DNA of 62,459 nt, filler included, from an uncultured Methanosarcinales archaeon (GTDB lineage Archaea; Nanobdellota; Nanobdellia; Woesearchaeales; CAYMBN01), in assembly GCA_964388715.1 (NCBI GenBank). It is 7 parts of 7 records of this genome, joined end to end, with 100 filler letters (N's around TTAATTAATTAA, not from the genome) between each part and the next. Parts side by side here need not be neighbours in the genome. Positions count along the whole stretch, not along the records: positions 16,788 to 28,915 come from CAYMBN010000018.1; positions 29,016 to 37,816 come from CAYMBN010000019.1; 5 more parts are not named here. One strand, 5' to 3'. Within the stretch, counting starts at the first letter, position 1; the number at the start of each line of letters is the position of its first letter. The notes beneath the pieces are model-generated. The model did no database searches, was not told where the DNA came from, and was given only the letters and a program-made list of their open reading frames with translations. Below, in pieces: positions 20,701 to 32,300 of the stretch. A program made the position numbers and the translations under genes.

Positions 20701-23700
20701 CTGCTGTAATACTTACATTTATTTTGTTAGTGAATAGTACTGAGTATAAATGTTTGAATATTGTGAAAAATTCCCATTCAGTGTTAACTTCTCCTGTTGT
20801 GTTAACAACCCAGTTAATATCACAGTCTTCACCGGGTTTCATATTTTTTAGGCAATCTTCATTACTATAATTAATTGGATTACTTGATGTAAAGAAAGGT
20901 TTTGCAGTTGGTTGTGTTTGAATAATCCCCTTTTTAAATATTTCAATTTGATTTTCTTCCCAGACTGTTTCATTTTCTTGTGCTTCTGGGTGACATGAAA
21001 GGTTATATTCATATATTCCTCCTTTTTCAAACTCAATATTATATTCATAGAGATCTTTTATAGGAAGATAAATCATTTGATGTTCTTGGTTATCTATTAT
21101 TAGAGTGCATTCTCCTGTTATTGTTTCATTATTATAAATATCATAATATTCAGCATAAAATGCGATTGTTTCATTGGCGTACTTTAGTAATGGTTCGTTG
21201 TATGTTATAAGATTAGCATTACCTAATTGTTTAACACCTGTATGTTTTAAATTGTTTAATACATAAATTGGTAAATTACCATCAATGCATCTACCATTTT
21301 CTAATTTTTGTAAAATAGTATCACATTCTTTTCTACATTCTATAATATCAAGACCATCATTTCTTGTGATGTTTGTGTATGATTCTTTTGAAAGTAAACA
21401 ATCCTTAATTTTATATTCATCATTTGCACTACAATCATTACTAATTTCATCAGGATCTTGCACTTCAGCATCCTTAATACAGAATTCATTTGAAACTATA
21501 TTCTCTAGTCTTAATGTTTTTGTACCTTTACACTTTTTGTCTGTTTGTGTTTGGTCTTCACATTTGAAGATTTGTGTTCTGTCAAAACCTTTTTCAGAGA
21601 ATTTGTGTATAGATAAACTAGGTTTTGCGTTTTCATCAATTCCTTTTAATTCAACAATAGGTTTTTTCTTTTTTATCTTGCCTAATGTTTTTGCTTTTTT
21701 ACTAAATATCTGTAATTTGCTTTTAGTTCTTTTTACGTTCTTGTTATCTTCTTTATATCTGATAACTTGTTTACACTGTGCTTCTTCACCTTCTGATCCA
21801 TCAGGGTCATGACAAATTGCATTTTCACAAGCAATACTTATTACAAATTCCCAATCAGTGCAACCACCTTCGCACTTATCAGATCTTGAGTAGACATATC
21901 TGAGTGATTCATTTGAACCACATCTATAATCTATCTCTTTTCTACATTCTTTTTTACATTCAGGTGTATCTTGTTTTTTTATTTTGAATTCTTTACTTAA
22001 TGTGATTAGTTTATTTTTTGAGTTAAAGAATTTTAACTTAACAAGGTATTGACCTCCTTTGACAGTTTTACCACATTTTTTCTGGTTCCAGGTATATGTT
22101 AAATCTTTGTTGGTTTCTATTTTTTCAGGAGCTATACCAAATTTGCAACCATAATCAGGGAAAGCGAAATTGACAACATGTTTTTTGTTATTTTTATTTA
22201 TGTCATATATTATTGTTTCAATAATTTCAATATTTTCTCTTCCGCTATTTATTATATTTATTTTAACTTCTTCACCATGTTCAAATAATTCTTTGATTTG
22301 TAAATATGGTTGAGGTACTTCTGGTTTGATGTGGAATTCTTCTGATTCTATATTGTGTGGGGATATGATAATCTTATATTTTCCAATACCACTTACTAAG
22401 TTTACTTCTTTATCATCTACGCACAATGTTTCGTTTTGATCCCAGGAGATAATCTTTGTTTCATTAGGTTTAAGTGTTAATGGTGCAGGATCACATGTTA
22501 CTCCGCAAGGACATAGCCTTCTTTTAACTTTTTTCCAATCATTATTTTCATACTTATAAATATCATAATCATAGGTTGTTTTTGAGTTGTGGTTACTTTT
22601 AATTATGATTGGAACATTTTCTCCAATTTCATAGTTTTGTTTAGTGGTTGTAATGTTTATTTTTGGTATAACTTGTTCTTTTATTGTAAATTCTTTTCTT
22701 ATTGTATTAAATATTAAACCGTTTTTGTAATAATATATTGGAATGATTAATTCATATTTGCCTGGTGCAAGTTTTTTATCAGTTCCTCTTACATAATTAT
22801 TAGATTCATCTTTTTCACATTGGTATTGGATAGCATTAATAGAAAATTCAAAACGGTTCAGTTTGCTTAAAATATTGTTTTGGTATAATAACCATTTTTC
22901 AAGTAAATCTTTATTGTTGAGTATTTCAGTGATATTGTGTGTTTGGTCGTCATATTTGAAAGAAGAGATACATTCACTATTATCAGTAATAGCATATGGG
23001 TGTTCTTTGTTTTTTAAGATCCATTTAAATTTGCCTTCTGTTGTATAATACTCAACATTAAAATTATTTTTGAGTTTAATTGGGATATTTTGGTTGTAAT
23101 TAAAATTGTTTAGTAATTCTATGTCAGGAATAATTTCTGTGTCAGATAAAATGTTAATATCAATCTTTTCCTCAACAATTTCAATGTTTTTGTAATCAAG
23201 TTTTTTGAAACAATTAGTTCCTTTTTTACATTTATAATATGTTACAGTAAGTTGATATTCTCCTGGCTCAACAGTCGTAGAAATGCTTTCTTGGTATTCT
23301 TTTCCTGCACATGTTTTTGTTATTGTTTCGCAAGTTTCTTGTCTCCAATAACCTTGGATATTGCTTCCTATTTCCCTAAATTTATCTTCTATGTATGATT
23401 TACTTAGGTATGTTTTTATTTCTCCTTCAACACATTTTTTGATAACTCCTTTACAACGAATATCAACTGTTTTTAGTTCATCTGATTCATGTTTTTTAAT
23501 ACTCCACCAATCTCCTTTTATTGCAATGGTTTCATCTGCTGGTTTTTTCAATGTTATTGCTATATTTTTATCTTTTAATATTTTTGTTCTAACTGTAACT
23601 GCGCTTTTCTTAACATCAAATGCTTCTGTTAGTAATTCTAATTTGTCATCTTTATTGTATACTCCAACAACTAATTTATAACTGCCTTCTGATAATTGTT

Positions 23701-25885
23701 CTTGGATTTTTCCTTTGTATGGGACTAATACTATTGTTCCTTTAATGTTTTGATTAATTATTTTTTGACTTTTGCTAATAGGAGAATCTTTACAATCACA
23801 ATCTTCAATGCTTGTTGATACTAACTTATCATCTTTATATAATAACCAAAGATATTTTCCATCTGGTGAATATATTAATTCATTCATTGGATTGATTAGT
23901 TGGAATTCAACTTTCTGGTTTGTGTTGAACTCTTCTTTGATATCAAGGTATTTATTTTCAGAGTAAATGTTAAATTCTCTCTCTAGTTTGATTTGTTGTC
24001 CGTTTTTGTTAAAGCAAATAGTTTCAATTTTGTATAATCCTGCTTTTACTTGTCGTGGGTTAGAAAAGTCTAGATAAGTTATTGCGCCACAAACCTTTTC
24101 TTCAACAGAATAAATCCTTTGATCCCAATAATCTTTTGCATTTAAATTAGTGAGTTTGTAAAGTTCTTGATATAATATCTCTTTGTATGATTCACAATCT
24201 TCTTCACAAGTACAAATATTTTCTTTATCACTACAAATTCCATCTCCGCATGTTTCATCCCAACCATTTACACATATTCCTTTTGAACCATCTTTTGGTG
24301 TAATACAATGTTTACCATCAAAGATAGCATTAGGCATTAGTCCAGCGTTATTGTTACAACATTTAATTGCACCTGATAAGTAAGAAGTGTATACTGTTTC
24401 TCCATCTTGTGCGCATTTTTCACAGTCTTGTTTACATGTTTCAGGTGTTTCTCCTTTATCACAATCACCATCACCACATACTACTGGTTTTATGACTGTT
24501 AATTCTGAGTTTTCTTTAATGATTCTTATTGGTACACTTTGATTAACCTTGTTTACAAAAATGTTAGATATTTTTAAAGGACTTTTTTTACCTGGTTTTC
24601 CAATTCTTTTAAATTTAATATTTGCAATGGTTCCTTTGTTATTAATATCATTAGGTGAAATTAGTGCGATTTTAATAGGATTGCTATTGAGGTTGTATTG
24701 CATAATTGAATTGGTTGTTAGATCTCCTTTTGTAACCTCTTTTGGTGTAAGAATATTAGCGTCGTATAAAATATCAATATCAATGTTTTCAATATCTTCT
24801 GCTTGTGATATTGTGATTGGTAGTATGAATTCATCTTCAGTTGTTGCCCAGTCTGAGGTTTGATTTTTTAATGAAACTTTTGTGTAAGCTGCTTGTTCAA
24901 GACATTTGTAAACATTTATTTCTTGATCTTGTCTAACTAATTTTTTTGCAAGAGGTTGGCAACAATTTCCTGTTGAGAATTCTTCATCTTGTTGTTTGCA
25001 TGTTTCTTGTTGTGGTTCTTCTTCTTCTTCTTCTTCTTCTTCTTCTTCTTCTTCCTCATGTTGTTCATCTTCTGCTAAGCATACATAAGCTTGATCTTGT
25101 TCATCAAGGAGTTCTTTTGTTAATCCTTGGCAGCATTCTTGATCTCCAAAAAAGAGTTCATCTTCTCTAATACAGGATTCTTCTTGTTCTTCTTCTGCAA
25201 CACATAAATAAATAGGGCCATATTCATCTTCATCAATTTGTTCTTTTACTAAATCTCCGCAACATTCTTCATCTTCATAAACAATATCATCTTCTTCATA
25301 ACATGTTGGTTCTTCTTCCTCTTCTTCCTCAGTACAATCTTCATAACAATTGCATTCATCTTCTTGACCAGCACATGTTCCATCACCACAGTTTACATCC
25401 CAGTTGTTAATGCAAGTTCCTAATGAGCCATCTATTGGATCTAAACATATTCCACTGTCAGTGTCTAAATATGCATTTGGTTTGATTCCAGCATTTTCAC
25501 TGCAACATTTTGTTACACCTAGGCTTGAATCTGAATATACTTTTTCACCTTCTTGTGCACAGGAAAGTACTTGTGTTTCAAAACATTTGTATGGAATTGG
25601 TGTAATTCCTCTAGCAGCAACAATTTGATCATAACCTTCACAACATTCACCTTCTGTAAAAGTACCATCTGCATCTGTTTTACATGTTTCATCTTTAACA
25701 CATCTGTGATATGGATTATGTCCTTTACTAGCCATCATTGCTGTATATCCATCACAGCATTCACCTTCTTGGAAACTTTCATCTGCATCTGTTTTACATT
25801 CTTCGGTTTCACCACTAATTGCAGCAGAACATAAAACTAGTAAAATCAACAGTACAGGTATTAGTATACTCTTTTTTTGGTTCAT
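16788..25885 (-). CDS. Giant (>3030 aa) secreted Cys-rich surface protein: small Cys repeats, cohesin-like domain, Ig-like domains, >=24 MopE-like metal-binding repeats; 3'-truncated
   Basis: The start at 25885 (MNQKKSILIPVLLILLVLCSAAISG, signal peptide) overlaps the upstream stop as ATGA. The frame is open to the contig end. Confidence 0.85.
25016..25054 (-). repeat. (GAA)13 microsatellite encoding a poly-Glu linker
   Basis: (TTC)13 on the + strand. With one adjacent GAG codon it gives E14 in the giant protein. Confidence 0.9.
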
Positions 25886-27054
25886 TTGATTTTCTTTTTT
25901 GGTTTTTTTGTTGTTTTTTTCTTTTTTATTCTTAGGAAATAAAATAATCCCACTCCTAAAACAAGAATTGTTATACCAATCAAAATATATTTTTTGATTA
26001 GATTCATACAATCTTTATCTTCTGTTTTTTTACAATCTGGATCACATATTTTATCTTCTAATTTATCACAATAATTATCTTTTGAACCTGCTGGACAATC
26101 TTTTGGACAGTTTAGAACATATTCTTTAACTTCAATATCACATCTATTATTCCCACAAAACTCAACTTCTACATTAAGATCTTTTGTACTAGCAGCAAGT
26201 GATTCACCTATTAAAACTCTTAAACCATTCAAGGAAATTTTATTTTGTAAATTCAATGGTTTTACAGAATATTCAAGTACTTTTGTTTCATCAACATTTA
26301 AATCGACTTGTTTTTCCCATATTAATCTTTCATCATTTCCACCAGATATTATTGTAAATTCTTCTGCTGGTTCTACTGCTTCAAATTCAGTTGGTAAAAA
26401 ATTATCTTCTAATAATATATTTTTAATCTCTTTATCACCAGTATTCTTTACTATAATTTTTACATCAACATCTTGATCAATTCTAGTAACTTTATTAACT
26501 TCTTTTTCAACTTTTAGATAATTACCTAATTCATTCCAACTAACAAAGATTGATGTGAAATACGAATCAGTATCAATCCATTCATAATATAATCTATCAT
26601 CTTCATTACCTTCACCACTATTTTCTGGATTAAATGAAACAAGCTTTTTTATTCCTGTTGGGAAAATGATTTTAGTATATATTTCTCCAATCTTCTCAGT
26701 AAGTTCTTTTCCATCAAACTTAACATTAGGTTCAAATTTTATATTCTTGAAATTATCTTCACTAACTTCTTTTTCATAAACAAAACTCAATGTTTTTTCT
26801 TCATTGCCTTTAAAGTTTAACATTTGTTTTTCATCTGTAGGTGTAAATTCTATTTCAACTGTAGCATCTTGGGCTTGATTATTGATCAAAACATAATTAA
26901 TCTTAATATTAGCTTTTTTCTCTATTGAAACTAAAGCATTCTGTGATTTAATTGAAACAGCTCCAGTATAAAATTCAATTTTTGCATTAACAATACTGAT
27001 ACTAATAATTAACAAAACTATAATCCACTTCCATTTATTTATTTTTAATTTCAT
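25882..27054 (-). CDS. Secreted/anchored protein with DUF11/BatD-like Ig domains, a Cys-rich module and a C-terminal TM
   Basis: Signal peptide, VDVKIIVKNTGDKEIKNILLED (DUF11-like), CGNNRCD..CPKDC, then TM and a Lys tail. ATGA overlaps at both ends. Confidence 0.75.
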   Translation of the reverse strand: MKLKINKWKWIIVLLIISISIVNAKIEFYTGAVSIKSQNALVSIEKKANIKINYVLINNQAQDATVEIEFTPTDEKQMLNFKGNEEKTLSFVYEKEVSEDNFKNIKFEPNVKFDGKELTEKIGEIYTKIIFPTGIKKLVSFNPENSGEGNEDDRLYYEWIDTDSYFTSIFVSWNELGNYLKVEKEVNKVTRIDQDVDVKIIVKNTGDKEIKNILLEDNFLPTEFEAVEPAEEFTIISGGNDERLIWEKQVDLNVDETKVLEYSVKPLNLQNKISLNGLRVLIGESLAASTKDLNVEVEFCGNNRCDIEVKEYVLNCPKDCPAGSKDNYCDKLEDKICDPDCKKTEDKDCMNLIKKYILIGITILVLGVGLFYFLRIKKKKTTKKPKKKIK

Positions 27055-28915
27055 GGGCAAACATCCTCATAATAAGTTTTATCAGTCCAACCACCACTTG
27101 GACATGTTCCTGGAGTTGTTGGATAATTGTGAGTATATCTTGCTGGATTAATAATAGCTGAACCATCTCTTCCAGCATAACTTCCAAATTTATCATTAAA
27201 TAAACCCACTGTTGCATATTTACTACTATATCTTGAAGATCTAAATTTAGAATTAATCTTTGAATTTTGTGGCTCAATTAATCTAAATTTATTTTGGTAA
27301 ACAAATATATTATAAGCATGATTGCTTGAATGTGAACTCCATACACATTCAGGACTAACACCTAATGATCTTAGTAATGCACCAGTTAATATAGAGAAAG
27401 TTGCACAATCACCACAATAATCATTCCAACATCTTGAGGATGTTTGTTCTATTATAAAGCTGGCAGGCATTGCACAATCCCTTGGAACAATTCTATGCTC
27501 TCCCCAAGCAGAAGTATACATCCTTTGAGTAGTACAAAAAGGTAAACTATCAGGCATACCCCTTATTATATCTAAATCCCATCCTTGATAATCCTTTATC
27601 CAATAAGTATGTTTACTTACATAATTAACTACAGCTTCCATATATTCATCACTTGTATCAATTTCACTTATATCCACTCTTTTTTCGTTTGCATATTCTT
27701 TTAACGCTTGTACTGCGGTTTGTTCAACAATTGGATTATCTAAATCATAAATCACACTTCCTTTCCAAACATTATCTTTATTTGTTGTTGTATGTGGTTC
27801 TGCATTAGCAAAACAATCAAAACATTTTAAAGCACAATTTCCACCACAATCAATCCCTCCTTCATCCTCATCTTGATATCCATTTGCACAACAATCTTGA
27901 GTAGGACAAATACCACCAGAATCAATACATACTTCACTAACTCCTTTTATACCATCATCACAATCACAACCATCTCCTATTCCATCTCTAATTTTATTGA
28001 AATATGTGATTGTTAGTTTTGGTATTTTTTCTTTTATTCTGGTTCCAGTTACATCTGTTGAATAAAATTGAACTTTTATTTCATCTCCAGGATTTTCAAC
28101 ATCCTCAACTACTAGTTTAAAAGAAACAAATTCCTTATTTTCTTTTAATGCATTTATTATTGGTTGGGTTAAGTCTACATACATAAGGCCTCCACTATGT
28201 TCAAGACTTATAGTATCAACATAACCAGTTGTATCTCTTAAAGAAGGAATTCCACCTGGCTGACCAACACTACAATCAGTACATGGAGTTGTATCATCCC
28301 AATCATTATTTGGTTCAGGTACTACATAAACTAATTCATCCTCAGTAGAAACATATTCTCCCCCAACAGAAGTAGTTGTTGAATATAAGTATAATCTTAA
28401 TTTAGCTTCTTTAATTTCTTTATCTTCAGGTATTTTTGAGAGATCAAATTTAATATATGACCAAAGACTAGTTAATTTGTTAATACTATTTATATCGCTT
28501 CTTAATATGAGTTTATCATTATTTAACTTTCGGGATACATGCTCTTGTTTACCTGTTGATTTATGTGCTCCGAAACTAACATCAACAATATCATCAGGAC
28601 CTTGTATAATTATTTCTTGTTCTTGCAAAGTATAATCAGAATCCTTTTGATCAGGATTAGCATGATACATACAATTATCACATATATCTCCTACATTATC
28701 TTCATCAGTATCTTCTTGTTCAGAATTACTTATATCAGGACAATTATCACATGCATCAGCTGTGCCATCTCCATCAGTATCTTCTTGATTTTCATTAGCA
28801 GCATTAGGACAATTATCACATGCACTACCTAAACCATCTTGATCAGGGTCCTCTTGATTTGTATTTTGAAAATTAATACAATTATCACATAAATCTCCTA
28901 CATTATCTTCATCAT
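27051..28915 (-). CDS. Thrombospondin type-3 repeat + DNRLRE-like + transglutaminase-like protein, 5'-truncated
   Basis: The frame is open to the contig end with DEDNVGDLCDNC..N..QEDxD.DG.GD.CDNC repeats. SYIKFDLSKIP...EAKLRLY is DNRLRE-like. GDCATFS..LLRSLGV / HAYN / LIEPQ forms a catalytic-type triad. Confidence 0.8.
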
Positions 28916-29015
28916 NNNNNNNNNNNNNNNNNNNNNNNNNNNNNNNNNNNNNNNNNNNNTTAATTAATTAANNNNNNNNNNNNNNNNNNNNNNNNNNNNN
29001 NNNNNNNNNNNNNNN
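28916..29015. other. Artificial contig spacer
   Basis: N44-TTAATTAATTAA-N44. Confidence 0.98.
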
Positions 29016-29300
29016 GTATATTTGGTTGATATCTATTTTTGGATTTTTAGCTTTGGCACGAGTAAGTTCTGTAGCAATATTCTCGTTTTTGTATTCACTA
29101 TAAAATCCTTTGTAGAATCCATAAATGTCTTCACTTACTTTAATTTGAATATTTATTTTTGAAGATAATATGTCATCTATTGTATTAGCATTTGATTTGA
29201 AAGAAGGATTAACAATTTGTGATATAATCAATCCTGAACAAAGTAAATCAATTGAAGCATTTTTTACATCAGTCCAAATACTTTCTGACCTAAATTTCAT
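29016..29300 (-). CDS. Hypothetical protein, 3'-truncated
   Basis: ORF runs into the gap. A minus-strand TATA-like TTTATATA lies at about 29324-29331. Confidence 0.5.
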
Positions 29301-29354
29301 ATACTTTTAAAAAGAAAACAACATATATAAATTTTACTACTTTTTAAGGGTTAT

Positions 29355-32300
29355 TTATTCTTCAGAAGGAGGTTGTGTTTCTTCTGTTTTTTCTTCATCT
29401 TTTTCTGTTTTAGGTATATCACTTGCATACTTTTGACTACAATCAAGACTTCTTTCTCTTAAGTAAATTAATCTTGTTGTTTCTCTTGTTTTATCTTTGT
29501 TATCTTTTACTTCTGCATAGATAGCTAATTGTTTTTTATCATTTTCAAAATATTTTTTTAATGGTTGTTTGTCCCAAACATAACCAACATTACTTATTCC
29601 TGGTTCATGTGATGGTGAATTGTCTGGGAGTAATGGTTCTGGTTCTTCTTGTTCATCTCTGTTAAGATAAACTGTTAATTCTTCTTGATTACAATCATCC
29701 CAAGTATTAACTTCAATTCTTAATGGTTTTTCAGGATTGCAATAAACTTCACTTACTGGTGTGATTATTTCTACTAAAGGTTCTTTTTCACAGTCTATTT
29801 TTTCTTGTTCTACTATTTTGAATTCAATTTCTTCTTTTTGTTCATCTTGTCCATAAGGAATTACCATGTCATCAGGGTCTGGTTTTTCATTATTATCAAG
29901 GTCTTTTATTAGTTTTAAGGTTAGTTTGTATTCTCCTGGTGGGTATTTTGGTTTTTTGTCTAAAGTTTGTTCTTTGTCAATTATAAAATTAAATTTATTT
30001 GTTTGATCTAATCCTTCTTCGTTGTAAGGAATAACATCAACTGAAAAAGGAACTTTATCTTTTGGTGCGTAAGCTTCAACATAAATTTCATCCCAAATCT
30101 GATTTTCTTTGATATTACAATCAGCAGTTTCTCCTTTATAACTGCATGTTTTTCCACCAAATATTATTTTTTTAATAGTGATTCTTTGAGTTGTTGGAGC
30201 GGCAATTTGGAATTTGTCTTTACTGTTTTGTAACTTTGTTTTTTGATCTTCAGATAATTTTATCTTACCAACATAGTATATCTGTTTTTGGTTTGTATCA
30301 TCTTCTCCAATCTTCATTAGATTAACATTCAGTGTTACTTCGTCTTCTTGGCTGAAGAGGTCTTCTGTTTTTGGGGTTGCTACATGGATTAGTTTTTCTG
30401 GTTCTTCTTCGCCTGGTCTTAGGATATCATATGCAATGAAAAAGTATCTGTCTTGGAAATTAGAGTTCTTTAGTTTTAATTTTACTTTAACATCATTGCC
30501 TGCATAGAATTCTGAATTTTTTGGGCTGAGCTTTACTTCGTCTAACTTAATTGAACCATAATGTGATTGTTGCATTGCTCTGCACCAGATCATGTTGTCT
30601 CCAAATGGGTTTGTGTTAATACCGCATGCTTTTACCATACCACCTTTGTGTACAATGTCTGTTGTAAGTATTCTTTCTTTTATCTCAGCACCACTTGAAT
30701 ATGTTAATGTAAGTCTTGCTTTGTTAAACCAATAATTAGCATCTTCGTCATTCCATTCAATGTTTCCAGTTAGTTGTGAATCTGCTCCAATATAACCACT
30801 TTTATTATCACTTACTCTTCTGTTTGGACAGTATTCATCACCATGTGCACCTTTTTCACAATAAAGTTCTAGTTTCCAGTTAATTGGTTGGCCACCACTA
30901 TATACTCCTGGTGTTACACTGTATCTTATTGTTACTGTTCCTTTGAATGGATTGTACCTGTAGACACGTGAGTCAGCCATTAATGGTAAGATTGTTGGTT
31001 CTGCTGGTACTGTTTCAATCATACCAGTGAGTTCATCTTCTAGACCTGTCCAGTCTTCGTTCCAAGCTGCCATACATACTTGTTTTACAACTTGGTCAGT
31101 GCTTAGGCCAAATCTGTTATTGAAAACTCCTTGGTAACGATCACCAAGTTCTTTGTTAACTGCTTGGAATTGTGTTCTTGTGTTGAAACCATCTGCTCTT
31201 TTTTGTGGATTTTTCGGATCTGTTTTTTCTGCATCATATCTTTTGTTTTCAAGAACTTTCATAACACCCCAGGATATAAAGTCGCAAGCATACATTGATA
31301 ATAATCTTTCACAGTATCCACCAGAAACTTCACCTTGTTGTGCTTCTAGTAAACATTTTTTAGCTGCATTGAAAATCTTTTCTAGGTTTTCAAGATGTTT
31401 TGCCATACCACTTATACAAACACAATTTGTGCTTGTCCAGATATCGTCAAATGGATTGACATCTTTCATTCTTCTTTTGTCAAAGATTCCAAGACATTTT
31501 AGATCGTCATATTCAGAAGGACCTGGTAAGTAGCAACCTCGTGGACCAGTTAGTTGTGGTGCTGTTTCTTGATTTTTTAAATCCTTATAAAATTCTTTTT
31601 TAGTGAGTTCTGTACATACAACTGTTTTTCTTGATTCACCTGCAATTAATCCTCCCCAGATTAAATCTTGTTGGCCTGCTGTTGCATCATAGTTATATGT
31701 TTTTTCTTGGATTGTTCTTTCAACTACGTATTGATCAGCAGGGCACATGTTTCTTTCTTTGTAATCATTTCCTGTTTGACCTGTGTGATACAATGACATT
31801 GAACCATCTCTGTATTTATCTGTATATGCGATTTCGTTTTCACCTTTACCTCTTGTTTTGAATTCTAGTTTTGCACATTCAGGAGGAACATATGGGCAAC
31901 CTACTCTGTCACATACAGTAAAAAGTAGTTTTCTTTCTGATTCTGTAAGTGGTGTACGTGAGATATAACCTTTAATATTAAACCATGTTGTTAATAAAAG
32001 ACATCCGCCCATTGTGTACATTGCAGTGTCTCGTACAATTGGTACAATGCTTGATAAAACATCTAGGCTTTTGTTAATGAATTTTAAGAGTGAGTTGATT
32101 GTGTTCATGCTTAACCATGAACCTTCTTCTAATGGCATGTCAACGTCAATTGTTTGTTTGATGTAAACATGTTCCATTGGTTGAGATTCTCCTTCATAAT
32201 CATATTGAATCATAAGTTTAAGTTCAAATTCAATTGGATCAGGGATATCATTAATGTTACCTGACCATTTGTCAAGTTTAAGTTCTGTGTAACCAAAGAT

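Noticed and set aside
25016..25054. (GAA)13 as a phase-variation switch
   Set aside because: A trinucleotide unit keeps the frame, so slippage only alters linker length.
17101..25834. Many + strand ORFs opposite the giant gene (and similar antisense ORFs elsewhere)
   Set aside because: These are shadow ORFs produced by repetitive or biased codon usage on the coding strand, with Ser/His/Leu-rich nonsensical composition.
25886..26011. N-terminal 42 codons of the 3091-aa ORF-track call
   Set aside because: They overlap the upstream gene. The signal peptide begins at ATG 25885, which forms an ATGA overlap.
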